A stretch of 64,000 nucleotides of DNA from Planctomycetaceae bacterium (lineage in GTDB: Bacteria > Planctomycetota > Planctomycetia > Planctomycetales > Planctomycetaceae): positions 37,601-101,600 of the forward strand of contig JAXMBS010000010.1 in NCBI GenBank assembly GCA_046349775.1, given 5' to 3'. This document shows, piece after piece, positions 1-8,838 of the stretch; position 1 is the first letter of the stretch, and each line of letters begins with the position of its first letter. The notes under the pieces were generated by a model. The model made no database searches. It was given only the letters and a program-made list of their open reading frames with translations, and was not told where the DNA came from. The translations under genes were made by a program, and so were the position numbers.

Positions 1-41
1 CTACGATGCTCATGGGAGAAATGCTTGAGCGGAGCAACTGA

Positions 42-1208
42 ATGAAGTGGTCCTGGAAGATCGGCACGGTCTCGGGCATCGGGATCTACCTGCACGGGAC
101 ATTTCTGATCCTGCTGGCATACTTCGGGATCGACAGCCTGGCCCGCGGCGGCAGGCTGATCGACGCCCTGGGGGTGATGCTGTTGTTGCTGGTGCTGTTT
201 TCGATCGTCGTGCTGCACGAACTGGGGCATGCGTTCGCGGCGCGACATTACGGCATCCAGACGCAGGACATCACGCTGCTGCCGATCGGCGGCGTCGCGC
301 GGCTGGAACGGATTCCCGAAGAGCCGAAGAAAGAACTGGTCATTGCGCTCGCCGGTCCGGCCGTCAACGTTGTCCTGGCAGTACTGTGCGTGTTGGGCAT
401 GCTGCTCATCGCCGGTACGGCGTTTGTGTTCGGTGCGGTCCAGGGCGGACATCGGCAACTCGTGCTGCATTTGTTCAGCGTGCCGCCCGTCCGTTCGGTT
501 TCCGATCTGCCGAGCATTGTGCCATACGTGCTGTTCCAGATGCTGATCGTCAATGTGATGATGGTGCTCTTCAATCTGCTGCCGGCGTTTCCGATGGACG
601 GCGGCCGCGTGCTGCGGGCGCTCCTCGCGATGCGTCTGAACTATGTGAACGCCACGCAGGTTGCCGCGCGGATCGGCCAGTCGATGGCTGTGCTGTTTGG
701 ACTGGCGGCGTTGTACTTTCACCATCCCATGCTGGCGTTCATCGCGCTGTTCGTCTGGATCGGGGCCCAGGCGGAAGCGACGCAGGTGGAAACGCGCGCC
801 GTCATGGGTGGAGTGACGGCCGGCGACGCCATGGTCACTCGATTTCGGACGGTCACGCCGGACAACACACTGCAGGAAGTCTCGGACCACATCATTCGCG
901 GGTTCCAGCAGGACTTCCCTGTCGTGACCGACGGCCAGGTGGTCGGGATGCTGACGCGCGGCGACCTCCTGAAGTCACTGGTGCAGGGAGGTCAGGAGCA
1001 GCGCGTCGCCGACGTGATGCACCGGACGTTCGAGCGGGCGGAAGCGAGCGAACAGCTCGGGCGCGTGTTTGAGCGGCTGCAGAACTGCGCCTGTCACTCG
1101 CTGCCGGTGCTGCGGCAGGGGCAGCTCGTCGGCGTGATCGACATGGAGAACGTCGGCGAGTTCATCGCGCTCCGCTCGGCGCTGCGGAACCGCGGCGAGG
1201 ATGCGTGA
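42..1208 (+). CDS. M50 family (site-2 protease-like) membrane metalloprotease with C-terminal tandem CBS domains
   Basis: HELGHAFAARHYG zinc-binding HExxH motif in a polytopic hydrophobic N-terminal half. Second LxxLPxxPxDGG-type motif (LLPAFPMDGGRVLRA). C-terminal pair of CBS-like segments (DFPVVTDGQVVGMLTRGDLL ... LPVLRQGQLVGVIDMENV). Confidence 0.8.
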   Translation: MKWSWKIGTVSGIGIYLHGTFLILLAYFGIDSLARGGRLIDALGVMLLLLVLFSIVVLHELGHAFAARHYGIQTQDITLLPIGGVARLERIPEEPKKELVIALAGPAVNVVLAVLCVLGMLLIAGTAFVFGAVQGGHRQLVLHLFSVPPVRSVSDLPSIVPYVLFQMLIVNVMMVLFNLLPAFPMDGGRVLRALLAMRLNYVNATQVAARIGQSMAVLFGLAALYFHHPMLAFIALFVWIGAQAEATQVETRAVMGGVTAGDAMVTRFRTVTPDNTLQEVSDHIIRGFQQDFPVVTDGQVVGMLTRGDLLKSLVQGGQEQRVADVMHRTFERAEASEQLGRVFERLQNCACHSLPVLRQGQLVGVIDMENVGEFIALRSALRNRGEDA

Positions 1209-1212
1209 CAGC

Positions 1213-1238
1213 GGGAGGGCGAGGCTCCCGCCGAGCCG
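1213..1238. repeat. Short GC-rich motif GGGAGGGCGAGGCTCCCGCCGAGCCG, copy 1 of 4. It has an inverted partner GGAGCGTCGCCCTCCC at 1273-1288, forming a long hairpin between convergent genes.
   Basis: Exact or near-exact recurrence at 23693-23718, 29350-29385 and 43723-43760, always intergenic. Confidence 0.5.
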
Positions 1239-1325
1239 GATGGTCAGGAGACGCGCTCTTCATCGCGGCTCCGCAGGAGCGTCGCCCTCCCACCAGCCGG
1301 GCTGCCGGTGCGCTGTGCGATCAGA

Positions 1326-2333
1326 TTACTGTGTCTTCGTCACCGGCTTGTCGTCGTTCGTCGCCCGCTTGTCGAAGGCGCGCGTGAACTCGGCGGGCGG
1401 GCGGTCGTTGAACGGGTTGTTCAGCCAGAACGTCTCGTTGACCTTCATCTCTCTGGGGATGAATTTGTAAACCGTTTCCGCGGATCCTTGCGGATTCGTC
1501 AGCCGGATCGCCGTCGGCAGAAATCGGTCCGTCAGGATCACTTCCGCGCGGGACCACTCCTTCGCATCCACTTCGAGCTTGGGCGCCGCGACAATGTGGA
1601 TCTGCGGCGGGTACCGCACCTCGCGTCCGTCCTTGTCCTTGACGATCTTGCCCTGCGGCCAGTGCATGCTGCCGAAGCTGAGGTGATACCGCTGTTTCGC
1701 CTGTTCGGCCTTCAGACCGAACAGAAACGGCAGCGGGCCATTGATGATGTTCTTTCCCTGCTGGTGGACCGGGATCTCGACAGTGTCGTACAGCTTCTGA
1801 TCGTCATGGATCAGAAAAATCTGTTTGCCGGTGCAGATCCACCGCTGGTGGTCCTCGAAAGCGACGGTGAACGGGATGCCGTTTTCGTTTTTCTTCGTGG
1901 ACGGCCCGGTGAGCTTGCTGGGTTCAAAATCAATCCGCCCCTGATCGGGTGCTTCGAACCAGAACTGGCCGTCCGCGCGCTTCTCGACGCTGTACACCGA
2001 GTCATAGGTGTATTTGACCAGCGGCCCGCGCAATTTCTTGATCTTGGCGCTCTCTCGCTCCCAGACGACCAGCAGATCCTCAAGTTCCTTCGAGATCTTG
2101 AGTTCCGGTGCCGGCCGTTGTTGCCGCGGCGGCGGATCCTGCGTGCCGGCAGTGGGGGTCACGCCGGATTTCAGCGGCTGCTTCGTCTGGGTCTGCGTCT
2201 TCGGCTGTTGTGCGGCGGGGGTCTGAATTCTGGCCCGGCCCGGGGCCTGCGGCTGCTGGGCGTTGGCCGTCAGCACGAGGCCGGCCGCCAGACAGCAGGC
2301 GCTGCAACAGGTCAAGAGCTCGCGGCGAGTCAT
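1326..2333 (-). CDS. Secreted hypothetical protein (signal peptide, Gln/Pro/Thr-rich linker, globular C-terminal domain)
   Basis: N-terminal hydrophobic signal-like segment (LLTCCSACCLAAGLVLTANA) followed by a low-complexity QPQ/TQT linker. Long open frame with protein-like composition. No recognisable catalytic motif. Confidence 0.5.
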   Translation of the reverse strand: MTRRELLTCCSACCLAAGLVLTANAQQPQAPGRARIQTPAAQQPKTQTQTKQPLKSGVTPTAGTQDPPPRQQRPAPELKISKELEDLLVVWERESAKIKKLRGPLVKYTYDSVYSVEKRADGQFWFEAPDQGRIDFEPSKLTGPSTKKNENGIPFTVAFEDHQRWICTGKQIFLIHDDQKLYDTVEIPVHQQGKNIINGPLPFLFGLKAEQAKQRYHLSFGSMHWPQGKIVKDKDGREVRYPPQIHIVAAPKLEVDAKEWSRAEVILTDRFLPTAIRLTNPQGSAETVYKFIPREMKVNETFWLNNPFNDRPPAEFTRAFDKRATNDDKPVTKTQ

Positions 2334-2648
2334 GACGGATCGGATCCTTCCTGGTCGTGAAACGCGCCGGCTCAGCGGCGGTCAGCGTCCCGCCCGGCGG
2401 TCAGCCGGTCGGCTTCGCACCGGGGAAACGGAGGGGGGCGGAATTTAGCAGCCGGGAGCGACCCTCGCCAGATCGGTTTCAGGCACCTGGACAGGGCGAT
2501 TGGCCGCCGGTCGCCGCTCCGGCCGTTCGTAAACCTGCCGTAGCTAGGATGTTCTGGTCGAGTACGAATAACTGTGCCCCGCCGTGCCGGAACGCAGGCT
2601 CGCACGCTTCCGGCAGGTCGTGCGCTTCAAGCATCGGAGGAGTTTGAT

Positions 2649-4145
2649 ATGCTGGCTGATGTTGGACGGGGCCTCACCCCGATCAGCCGACAGATTTATT
2701 CCCTGAAATCGCTCGCACGCCCGTCGCGATTGGCGCAGGGCCCCCTGAACTTTGATTCCTCGGACGACTTTTCTCTGCCACCCGCTCAACAGCAAAACGC
2801 GGAACTTCCTCGAATGCCTGCCGAATCTCTCCACGACGACGCCGCTCCCAGTTTGACCCCCGGCCGACGCGACTTCTTGAAGTCCGGTGCTGCCGGCGTG
2901 TCGGCCGCCGCGCTGGCGGCGACGTTTCCTGCCCGGACCGGACTCTACGCCGCGAGTGACGACATCCTCCGCGTGGGACTCGTCGGCTGCGGCGGACGCG
3001 GATCGGGCGCCGCCGAACAGGCGCTGTCGGCCGACAAGTACACGCGGCTGGTGGCGATGGGGGACACTTTCAAGGGCCAGATCGACAGCAGTCTGGCGGC
3101 CCTGAAAATGAAGTCCGATCTCGCGGATCGGGTCGCAGTCGCCGACGAGATGAAGTTCGTCGGGCTCGATGCCTACCGGAAGGTGATCGAGAACGTCGAT
3201 GTGGTGCTGCTTGCCACGCCGCCGGGTTTCCGCCCTGTGCACCTGCGGGCGGCCGTCGAAGCGGGGAAGCACATCTTCACCGAAAAACCGATGGCGACCG
3301 ACGCACCGGGCGTCCGCAGCGTCGTGGAAACGGTTGCGCTCGCGAAGGCAAAGAACCTCGCAATCTGCGCCGGTTTCTGCTGGCGGTATCACAACGAACT
3401 GCGCGAGTTGTTCACGAAGATTCACGCCGGGGCGATCGGCAACGTCCTGGCCGTCTTCGGCACGTATCTCACGGGTCCGGTCAAGCCGATGCCGCCGGCT
3501 GACACCCGCCCGGCCGGAATCTCGGATCTCGAGTGGCAGGTCCGCAACTGGTACAACTTCACCTGGCTCTCCGGCGACGGCCTCGTCGAGCAGGCGGTCC
3601 ACACGGTGGACTGGCTCGCCTGGGTCATGCAGGACCAGCCTCCGGAAAGCTGCACCGCAGTCGGCGGCCGCCAGATTCATGCGAACGGCGGCAATATCTA
3701 CGACCATGTCGAAGTGAACTACGTCTGGCCGAATGGCACGCGCGGGTTCCTGGCGCAGCGCCAGATCACCGGTTGCTACAACGAGAACGGCCTGACCGTG
3801 ATCGGCGACAAGGGCGTGGCGGAGATCAAGCCGGGAGGCCGTGTCTCCATCAAGGGGGAGAACGCCTGGAAGTACAAAGGTCCGGCCAACAACATGTACC
3901 AGACCGAGCATGACGAGTTCTTCCTCTCCATTCGCGACGGCAAGCCGATTAACAACGGTGAGCGGATGTGGAAGAGCACGCTCATGGCCATCATGGGGCG
4001 GATGGCGGGCTACACCGGACAGCAGGTGAGTTGGGAGCAGGCGTACAACTCGACGCAGACCCTGGTGCCGGATGTCACCCAAGGTTGGAGTGCGGAGCCG
4101 CTGCCGCAGGAAATGGCGCAGCCGGGGGTCACCCCACTGGTGTGA
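2649..4145 (+). CDS. Gfo/Idh/MocA family NAD(P)-dependent oxidoreductase with twin-arginine (Tat) signal
   Basis: GGAGG ribosome-binding site 11 nt upstream of the ATG at 2649. Tat motif GRRDFLKSGAAGVSAAALAA. Rossmann LRVGLVGCGGRGSGAA immediately after. Family-typical EKP motif (IFTEKPMA). Confidence 0.8.
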   Translation: MLADVGRGLTPISRQIYSLKSLARPSRLAQGPLNFDSSDDFSLPPAQQQNAELPRMPAESLHDDAAPSLTPGRRDFLKSGAAGVSAAALAATFPARTGLYAASDDILRVGLVGCGGRGSGAAEQALSADKYTRLVAMGDTFKGQIDSSLAALKMKSDLADRVAVADEMKFVGLDAYRKVIENVDVVLLATPPGFRPVHLRAAVEAGKHIFTEKPMATDAPGVRSVVETVALAKAKNLAICAGFCWRYHNELRELFTKIHAGAIGNVLAVFGTYLTGPVKPMPPADTRPAGISDLEWQVRNWYNFTWLSGDGLVEQAVHTVDWLAWVMQDQPPESCTAVGGRQIHANGGNIYDHVEVNYVWPNGTRGFLAQRQITGCYNENGLTVIGDKGVAEIKPGGRVSIKGENAWKYKGPANNMYQTEHDEFFLSIRDGKPINNGERMWKSTLMAIMGRMAGYTGQQVSWEQAYNSTQTLVPDVTQGWSAEPLPQEMAQPGVTPLV

Positions 4146-4179
4146 GCAGGGCGGATAGCGCAAGACAGGGGAGCATCTG

Positions 4180-5660
4180 ATGACGATTCGACGCTCATTT
4201 GAGATCCCTGCGTCTGTCTCTCGGCGAAGCTTTCTCGCCGATGCCGCGCTCGGAATCGGCTCGGTCGCGCTGACGCATCTGTTGGCTCAGGATGGCGCGT
4301 TGGCGGCCGGTTCGGCGCAGGCTTCCACGGCCGGACACGACCTGACCCCGCGGACCGGCCATCTCCCGGCGCGGGCAACCAGCGTCATCATGCTGCTGCA
4401 GAACGGCGGGCCGAGCCAGATGGACCTGTTCGACCCCAAGCCCGAACTGACGCGTCTCAACGGGCAGTCGCACCCGGGCGAGATCATCGCCTTTCAGCCG
4501 GGAAGCGTCGACAAGAAGATCATGGCCAGTCCGTTTCAGTTCCAGCGCACGGCACATGCGGCATGGAACTCTCGGAACTGCTGCCCAGCATCGGAAACAT
4601 GGCGGACGACGTTTGTCTCATCCGCTCGATGTTCTCCGACAACAACAACCATCCCCAGGGGATGCGGTGTCTGACGACCGGCAAAGTCTTCACGGGCCGG
4701 CCGACGATTGGCGCCTGGATCAGCTATGCCCTCGGGACCGAGAACCAGAACCTGCCGGCGTTCGTCGTCCTCCGCGACCCGGACGGCTACAACAACGGTG
4801 GCACCACGATGTGGGACAACGGCTGGCTGCCGGCGCTCTTTCGCGGCACCGAGATCCAGTCCCGAGGCGCACCCGTCCTGTATCTCAATCCCAGTCAACC
4901 GCAGCCGGACGGCGTGCAGCGCGCCAACCTCGATCTGCTGGCGCGGCTCAACGAATTGCAGCGTCGCGAATACCCGGACGAATCCGACCTGGAAGCCCGC
5001 ATCCGCAATTACGAGCTGGCGGCCCGGATGCAGCGCAGCGCGCAGGCGCTGCTCGATCTCTCCGGCGAGACCGCCGAGACGCAGCAGTTGTACGGCGTCG
5101 ACCAGCCGCACTGCTCGAATTACGCGACCCGCTGCCTGATGGCACGCCGCATGGTGGAGGCCGGCGTGCGGTTCGTCCTGATCACCGCGCCGATTAAGTC
5201 GGGCGGTGCGCCGTGGGATCATCATGGCGATCTCAAGCCCGGCCTCGAACAACTTTGCCCGCAGGTCGACCAGCCGACGGCCGGCCTCATCGCCGACCTC
5301 AAGCGCCGCGGCCTCCTGGAGAGCACGGTTGTCCTCTGGAGCGGCGAGTTTGGTCGCCTGCCGATCTCGCAGAACGGCACCGGCCGCGACCACAATCAGT
5401 TTGCATTCAGCCTGCTGGTCGCCGGCGGCGGGTTTAAAGCCGGATACGTGCACGGCGCAACGGACGAACTCGGTTACAAGTCGGTCGTCGATCCGGTGAG
5501 TTGTCCCGACCTGCACGCAACGCTCTTGCACCAACTCGGTCTCAACCACCACGAGGTGTACTTCCGGCACCAGGGGCGAGACGAGCGTCTGACGGATCCC
5601 GACGTGACTGGAGCCCACATCGTGAAGGACGTGCTGGCCTACGAGCCCACGTTCGTTTAG
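4180..5660 (+). pseudogene. DUF1501 family protein (sulfatase-like, Tat signal) interrupted by a single frameshift near 4546-4551
   Basis: Frame 1 (4180-4674) carries the Tat signal RRSFLADAALGIG and GGPSQMDLFDPKP. Frame 0 (from 4563) continues with the canonical ELSELLPSIGNMADDVCLIRSM ... WDHHGD core. The two frames overlap at base 4548, consistent with a single-nucleotide indel. Confidence 0.7.
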
Positions 5661-5685
5661 TGGCACGACGAAAGCCGGGGAAACC

Positions 5686-5768
5686 GCGAATCAACGCGAA
5701 TCAACGCGAATTTGCCGGAATCCAAACGCCTTCCCATTCGATCGAGACCTATTCGCGTCGATTCGCGG
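5686..5768. repeat. Tandem CGCGAATCAA x3 with an inverted partner ATTCGCGTCGATTCGCG (5751-5768); a T-run follows at 5784-5792. Candidate stem-loop terminator for the DUF1501 gene.
   Basis: Direct reading. The reverse complement of CGCGAATCAACGCGAAT matches 5751-5767 with one mismatch. The related GATTCGC x3 recurs at 23825-23850. Confidence 0.45.
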
Positions 5769-5803
5769 TTGCTCGCAGTGCCTGACTTTTTTCCGTTGAT
5801 TCC

Positions 5804-5984
5804 GTGCTCCTAACGATCAGAAGTTTGTTTTCTTGCGTAAATTCTTCCCCGTCACCAACCAGGATCACAAGCGGTTTAGGGCCACCGAGATCACCGAGGA
5901 CACTGAGACGAAGAGAATTCCATTGAATTCTCTGTGACCTCGGTGGCAAACCGCTTTCGGGTTGCGGCCAACGGCCGCGCTGGG
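5804..5984 (+). repeat. About 180-nt structured intergenic element, copy A, immediately upstream of the amidohydrolase gene. Contains nested hairpins: GCCACCGAGATCAC ... GTGACCTCGGTGGC, with inner AGAGAATTC/GAATTCTCT.
   Basis: About 85-90 percent identical to 6894-7084 (copy B), judged by eye over the full length. The inverted-repeat arms are visible in the raw sequence. Confidence 0.75.
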
Positions 5985-6010
5985 GATTCCGAGGTTCCAA
6001 GTTCGTCTGC

Positions 6011-6859
6011 ATGCCGATCATCGACGTCCATAGCCACGTCTGGCGCTATCCCGACCATTTCAATGACGACTTCCGCCAGCAGGCCAAACGCGCCAAGGCC
6101 GGCGTCGAGGTCGATCTGACGGTTCGCTACGAAGACTACGCGCGGCAGTCGGTCCCCGACGTGCGAACGATCGTCTTCGGCGGCAAAGCCCGCCTCAGCG
6201 GCGTCTGGGTCGATGACCGCTACGTTGCCGACCAGGTCGCGGCGCATCCGGGCCAGCTGATCGGCTTCCTGTCCGTCGATCCCACGCAGACCGGCTGGCG
6301 GCGCGAGCTGCGCGAAGGCCACGAAACGCTTGGCCTGCGTGGGATCAAGCTGCTGTCGATGTATGCCGGGTTCCGACCGGATGACGAGCGGCTCGATCCC
6401 CTCTGGAAGTACGCGACGAAACACGCGCTGCCGGTGCTGCTCCACACGGGGACGACGTTCGTTGCCCAGGCGCCGCTGGAGTGTACGCTGCCGCGTCATC
6501 TCGATCGTGTGGCGACACGGTTCCCCGACGTGAAGCTGATCCTCGCGCATCTCGGTCATCCCTATGAAGGGGAATGCGTGGCCGTCATCCGCAAGCATTC
6601 CAACGCGTACGCCGACATCAGCGCACTGCACTACCGGCCGTTTCAGTTCTACCACAGCCTGATGCTCGTCCAGGAATATGGTGTCTGGGAGAAGCTGCTG
6701 TTCGGGACCGACTACCCGTTCACGACGGTCAAGGCGACGCTGGACGGCCTGCGGAACCTCAATCAGTTGGTCGAGGGGACGAACCTGCCGCGGCTGAACA
6801 TGGACGCCATCGAGCGGATGATTCACCGCGACAGTCTGCCGCTGCTGGGCCTCGCCTGA
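6011..6859 (+). CDS. Amidohydrolase-2 family (TIM-barrel metal-dependent hydrolase) protein
   Basis: N-terminus MPIIDVHSHVW is the typical HxH metal-binding start of PF04909-type amidohydrolases. Later LHTGT and AHLGHPY His motifs and a conserved GTDYP near the C-terminus. Confidence 0.75.
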   Translation: MPIIDVHSHVWRYPDHFNDDFRQQAKRAKAGVEVDLTVRYEDYARQSVPDVRTIVFGGKARLSGVWVDDRYVADQVAAHPGQLIGFLSVDPTQTGWRRELREGHETLGLRGIKLLSMYAGFRPDDERLDPLWKYATKHALPVLLHTGTTFVAQAPLECTLPRHLDRVATRFPDVKLILAHLGHPYEGECVAVIRKHSNAYADISALHYRPFQFYHSLMLVQEYGVWEKLLFGTDYPFTTVKATLDGLRNLNQLVEGTNLPRLNMDAIERMIHRDSLPLLGLA

Positions 6860-6893
6860 GTTGAAGCCGCCGCAGGTCAGGCGTAGTGGCGTC

Positions 6894-7084
6894 TGTGCTA
6901 CTAACGATCAGAATCCTGTTTTCTTGCCCAAGTTTTTCCCCGCACCAACCAAGATCACGAGCGGCTTTGGGCCACCGAGATCACCGGGGACACTGAGACG
7001 GAGAAACTTCTATTGAATTCTCGGTGACCTCTGTGACCTCGGTGGCAAACCATTTCTGGTTGCGGCCATCGGCCGCGCTGGGCC
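6894..7084 (+). repeat. About 180-nt structured intergenic element, copy B, upstream of the second DUF1501 gene. It has an internal duplication of GTGACCTC.
   Basis: Aligns along its whole length with 5804-5984. Lies 170 nt upstream of the ATG at 7257, which itself has a GGAGG ribosome-binding site. Confidence 0.75.
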
Positions 7085-7256
7085 ATTGGCGGCTCTTCGC
7101 ACTCAGCTTAGCGGGGATTGCCTGCGACAACGGCCGTCGAAATTCGGTCGTGTACTCCGCGGTGAACTGCGGCGTACTGATCGAGGAGTTCTAGTCTGGG
7201 TCGGGCTCAGCGGTTATCATAAGAGACTGTTGATCCTTGTTGAGCGGAGGAGTGAG

Positions 7257-8819
7257 ATGCACCGCGCGGGCTGCTGCCGAGCCGACCATCCACTGATCGG
7301 CCGCCGCGAACTGCTGCACGTCGGCGGCCTGTCGCTGTTCGGAACTGGGCTGTCGCACTTGTTGCGGCTGGAACGGCAGGCGGTTGCCGCTCCGCGTTCG
7401 GCCCCGGCCAAGGCCGTCGTGTTCATCTTTCAGGCCGGCGGACCGTCGCAGCACGAGACGTTCGACCCCAAGCCGCTGGCCACCGACGGCGTGCGCGGCG
7501 AATACGGTGTCACCCAGACGAAACTGCCGGGAGTTCAGTTCTGCGAATACCTGCCGAAACTGGCGTCCCGGGCGGACCGGTTCTCAATTGTTCGTACGAT
7601 GCATCACACTGCCGGCCGGGAATTCCGCAACGAACACTCCAGTTGCTTCTACCTGCTGCACACGGGATCGACGGCACTGCCGGTCGGTGACACGAATGCT
7701 ACGATCAGTGCCGCTCGCGCCGGCCGGATCGCGTGGCCTTCGATCGGTTCGATGATTGACTATGCGGCGCCGTCCCAGAGCCCGGCTGGTTTGCCGTCGG
7801 TCGTCGAAATCCCCCGGGTGAGCCAAATGAGCTATCCGGGTCGCGACCCCGGCCTGCTCGGCCCGCAGTATTCCCGCTGGGGAGTCGATCTGGCTCCCGC
7901 GTGCAAGGCGCCCGACGCGGCTGGATCGTGCCCGAATTGCTTCAGTCATGACGACCCCAACGATCCGGCCCGCGCCGCCGGACCCGGCCCCAATGCCTGG
8001 TGGGACAACACCAGTTGCCGCAACCCCGATTTCCACCTGCCGAACCTCGGCCTGGCGGACGCTGTCAGCCTGCCGCACATCAACCACCGCACCGAACTGC
8101 TTGGCCGGCTCGAACTGCTGCGCACGCAACTGGACCAGCCGGAACCCCGCACTCGGCTGGGCATCGCCTATGACGCCCACCGCGAGCAGGCGCTGCGGCT
8201 CGTGCTCAGCGCGGCGCAGCGCGGAGCGCACAACCCGTTTGACCTGACGCAGGAAACGGATGCGACGCGCGACCTGTATGGCCGAGAAGAATGGGGCCAG
8301 GGGTTCCTCGTCGCGCGGCGGCTCGTCGAGGCGGGCGTCCGCATGGTGCAGATCAACCTGCGCGGGTGGGACACGCACCAGAACGCGTTTCGCGACCTCA
8401 AGCGCCGGCTGCTGCCGTCGATCGACCATTGCCTCAGCGGCTTCCTGGACGATCTGGAGCAGCGCGGGCTGCTGTCCCAGACGCTGGTGGTGATGTGCGG
8501 CGAGATGGGACGCACGCCGCGGATTTCTCCGATTTCTGTGGGTGGTAAGAACGCATCGGGAGAGATCTTTACTCCCGGCCGGCATCATTGGGGGGACGTG
8601 TTTCCGTGCTTCTTCGCCGGGGGCGGCATCGAGCCGGGACGCGTCATCGGCCAGTCGGACGCAGAAGCCGGAGTGCCCGACAGCGAGGCGTTCACCCCCG
8701 AAGACCTCGCGGCAACGATTTTCCAGCAGCTGGGGATCGGCCCCGATCGGGAATTCCTGGACAATGCCGGCCGGGCTTATCGGGTCTATCGCGGAACGCC
8801 GATCGCACCGCTGGTGTGA
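7257..8819 (+). CDS. DUF1501 family protein (sulfatase-like, Tat signal)
   Basis: GGAGG ribosome-binding site before the ATG at 7257. RRELLHVGGLSLFG Tat-like signal. QAGGPSQHETFDPKP, RTMHHTAGREF and WDTHQN motifs characteristic of DUF1501. Confidence 0.8.
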   Translation: MHRAGCCRADHPLIGRRELLHVGGLSLFGTGLSHLLRLERQAVAAPRSAPAKAVVFIFQAGGPSQHETFDPKPLATDGVRGEYGVTQTKLPGVQFCEYLPKLASRADRFSIVRTMHHTAGREFRNEHSSCFYLLHTGSTALPVGDTNATISAARAGRIAWPSIGSMIDYAAPSQSPAGLPSVVEIPRVSQMSYPGRDPGLLGPQYSRWGVDLAPACKAPDAAGSCPNCFSHDDPNDPARAAGPGPNAWWDNTSCRNPDFHLPNLGLADAVSLPHINHRTELLGRLELLRTQLDQPEPRTRLGIAYDAHREQALRLVLSAAQRGAHNPFDLTQETDATRDLYGREEWGQGFLVARRLVEAGVRMVQINLRGWDTHQNAFRDLKRRLLPSIDHCLSGFLDDLEQRGLLSQTLVVMCGEMGRTPRISPISVGGKNASGEIFTPGRHHWGDVFPCFFAGGGIEPGRVIGQSDAEAGVPDSEAFTPEDLAATIFQQLGIGPDREFLDNAGRAYRVYRGTPIAPLV

Positions 8820-8838
8820 TCCTCGACATTGTGCTCAT

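Noticed and set aside
2544-4163. Long antisense ORF (539 aa) opposite the Gfo/Idh/MocA gene. Similar antisense ORFs lie at 4536-5666, 5891-6826, 7584-8588, 9406-10299, 10936-11979, 12623-13789, 14097-15113, 16149-16925, 17865-18710, 18838-20529, 22299-22928, 24069-24782, 30096-31100, 31733-33046, 33577-34485, 38308-38823 and 38828-39736.
   Set aside because: Arg/Ala/Gly/Pro-dominated composition with no motifs, each fully overlapping a gene whose sense frame shows clear family signatures. This is typical stop-codon-poor antisense frames in ~65 percent GC DNA.
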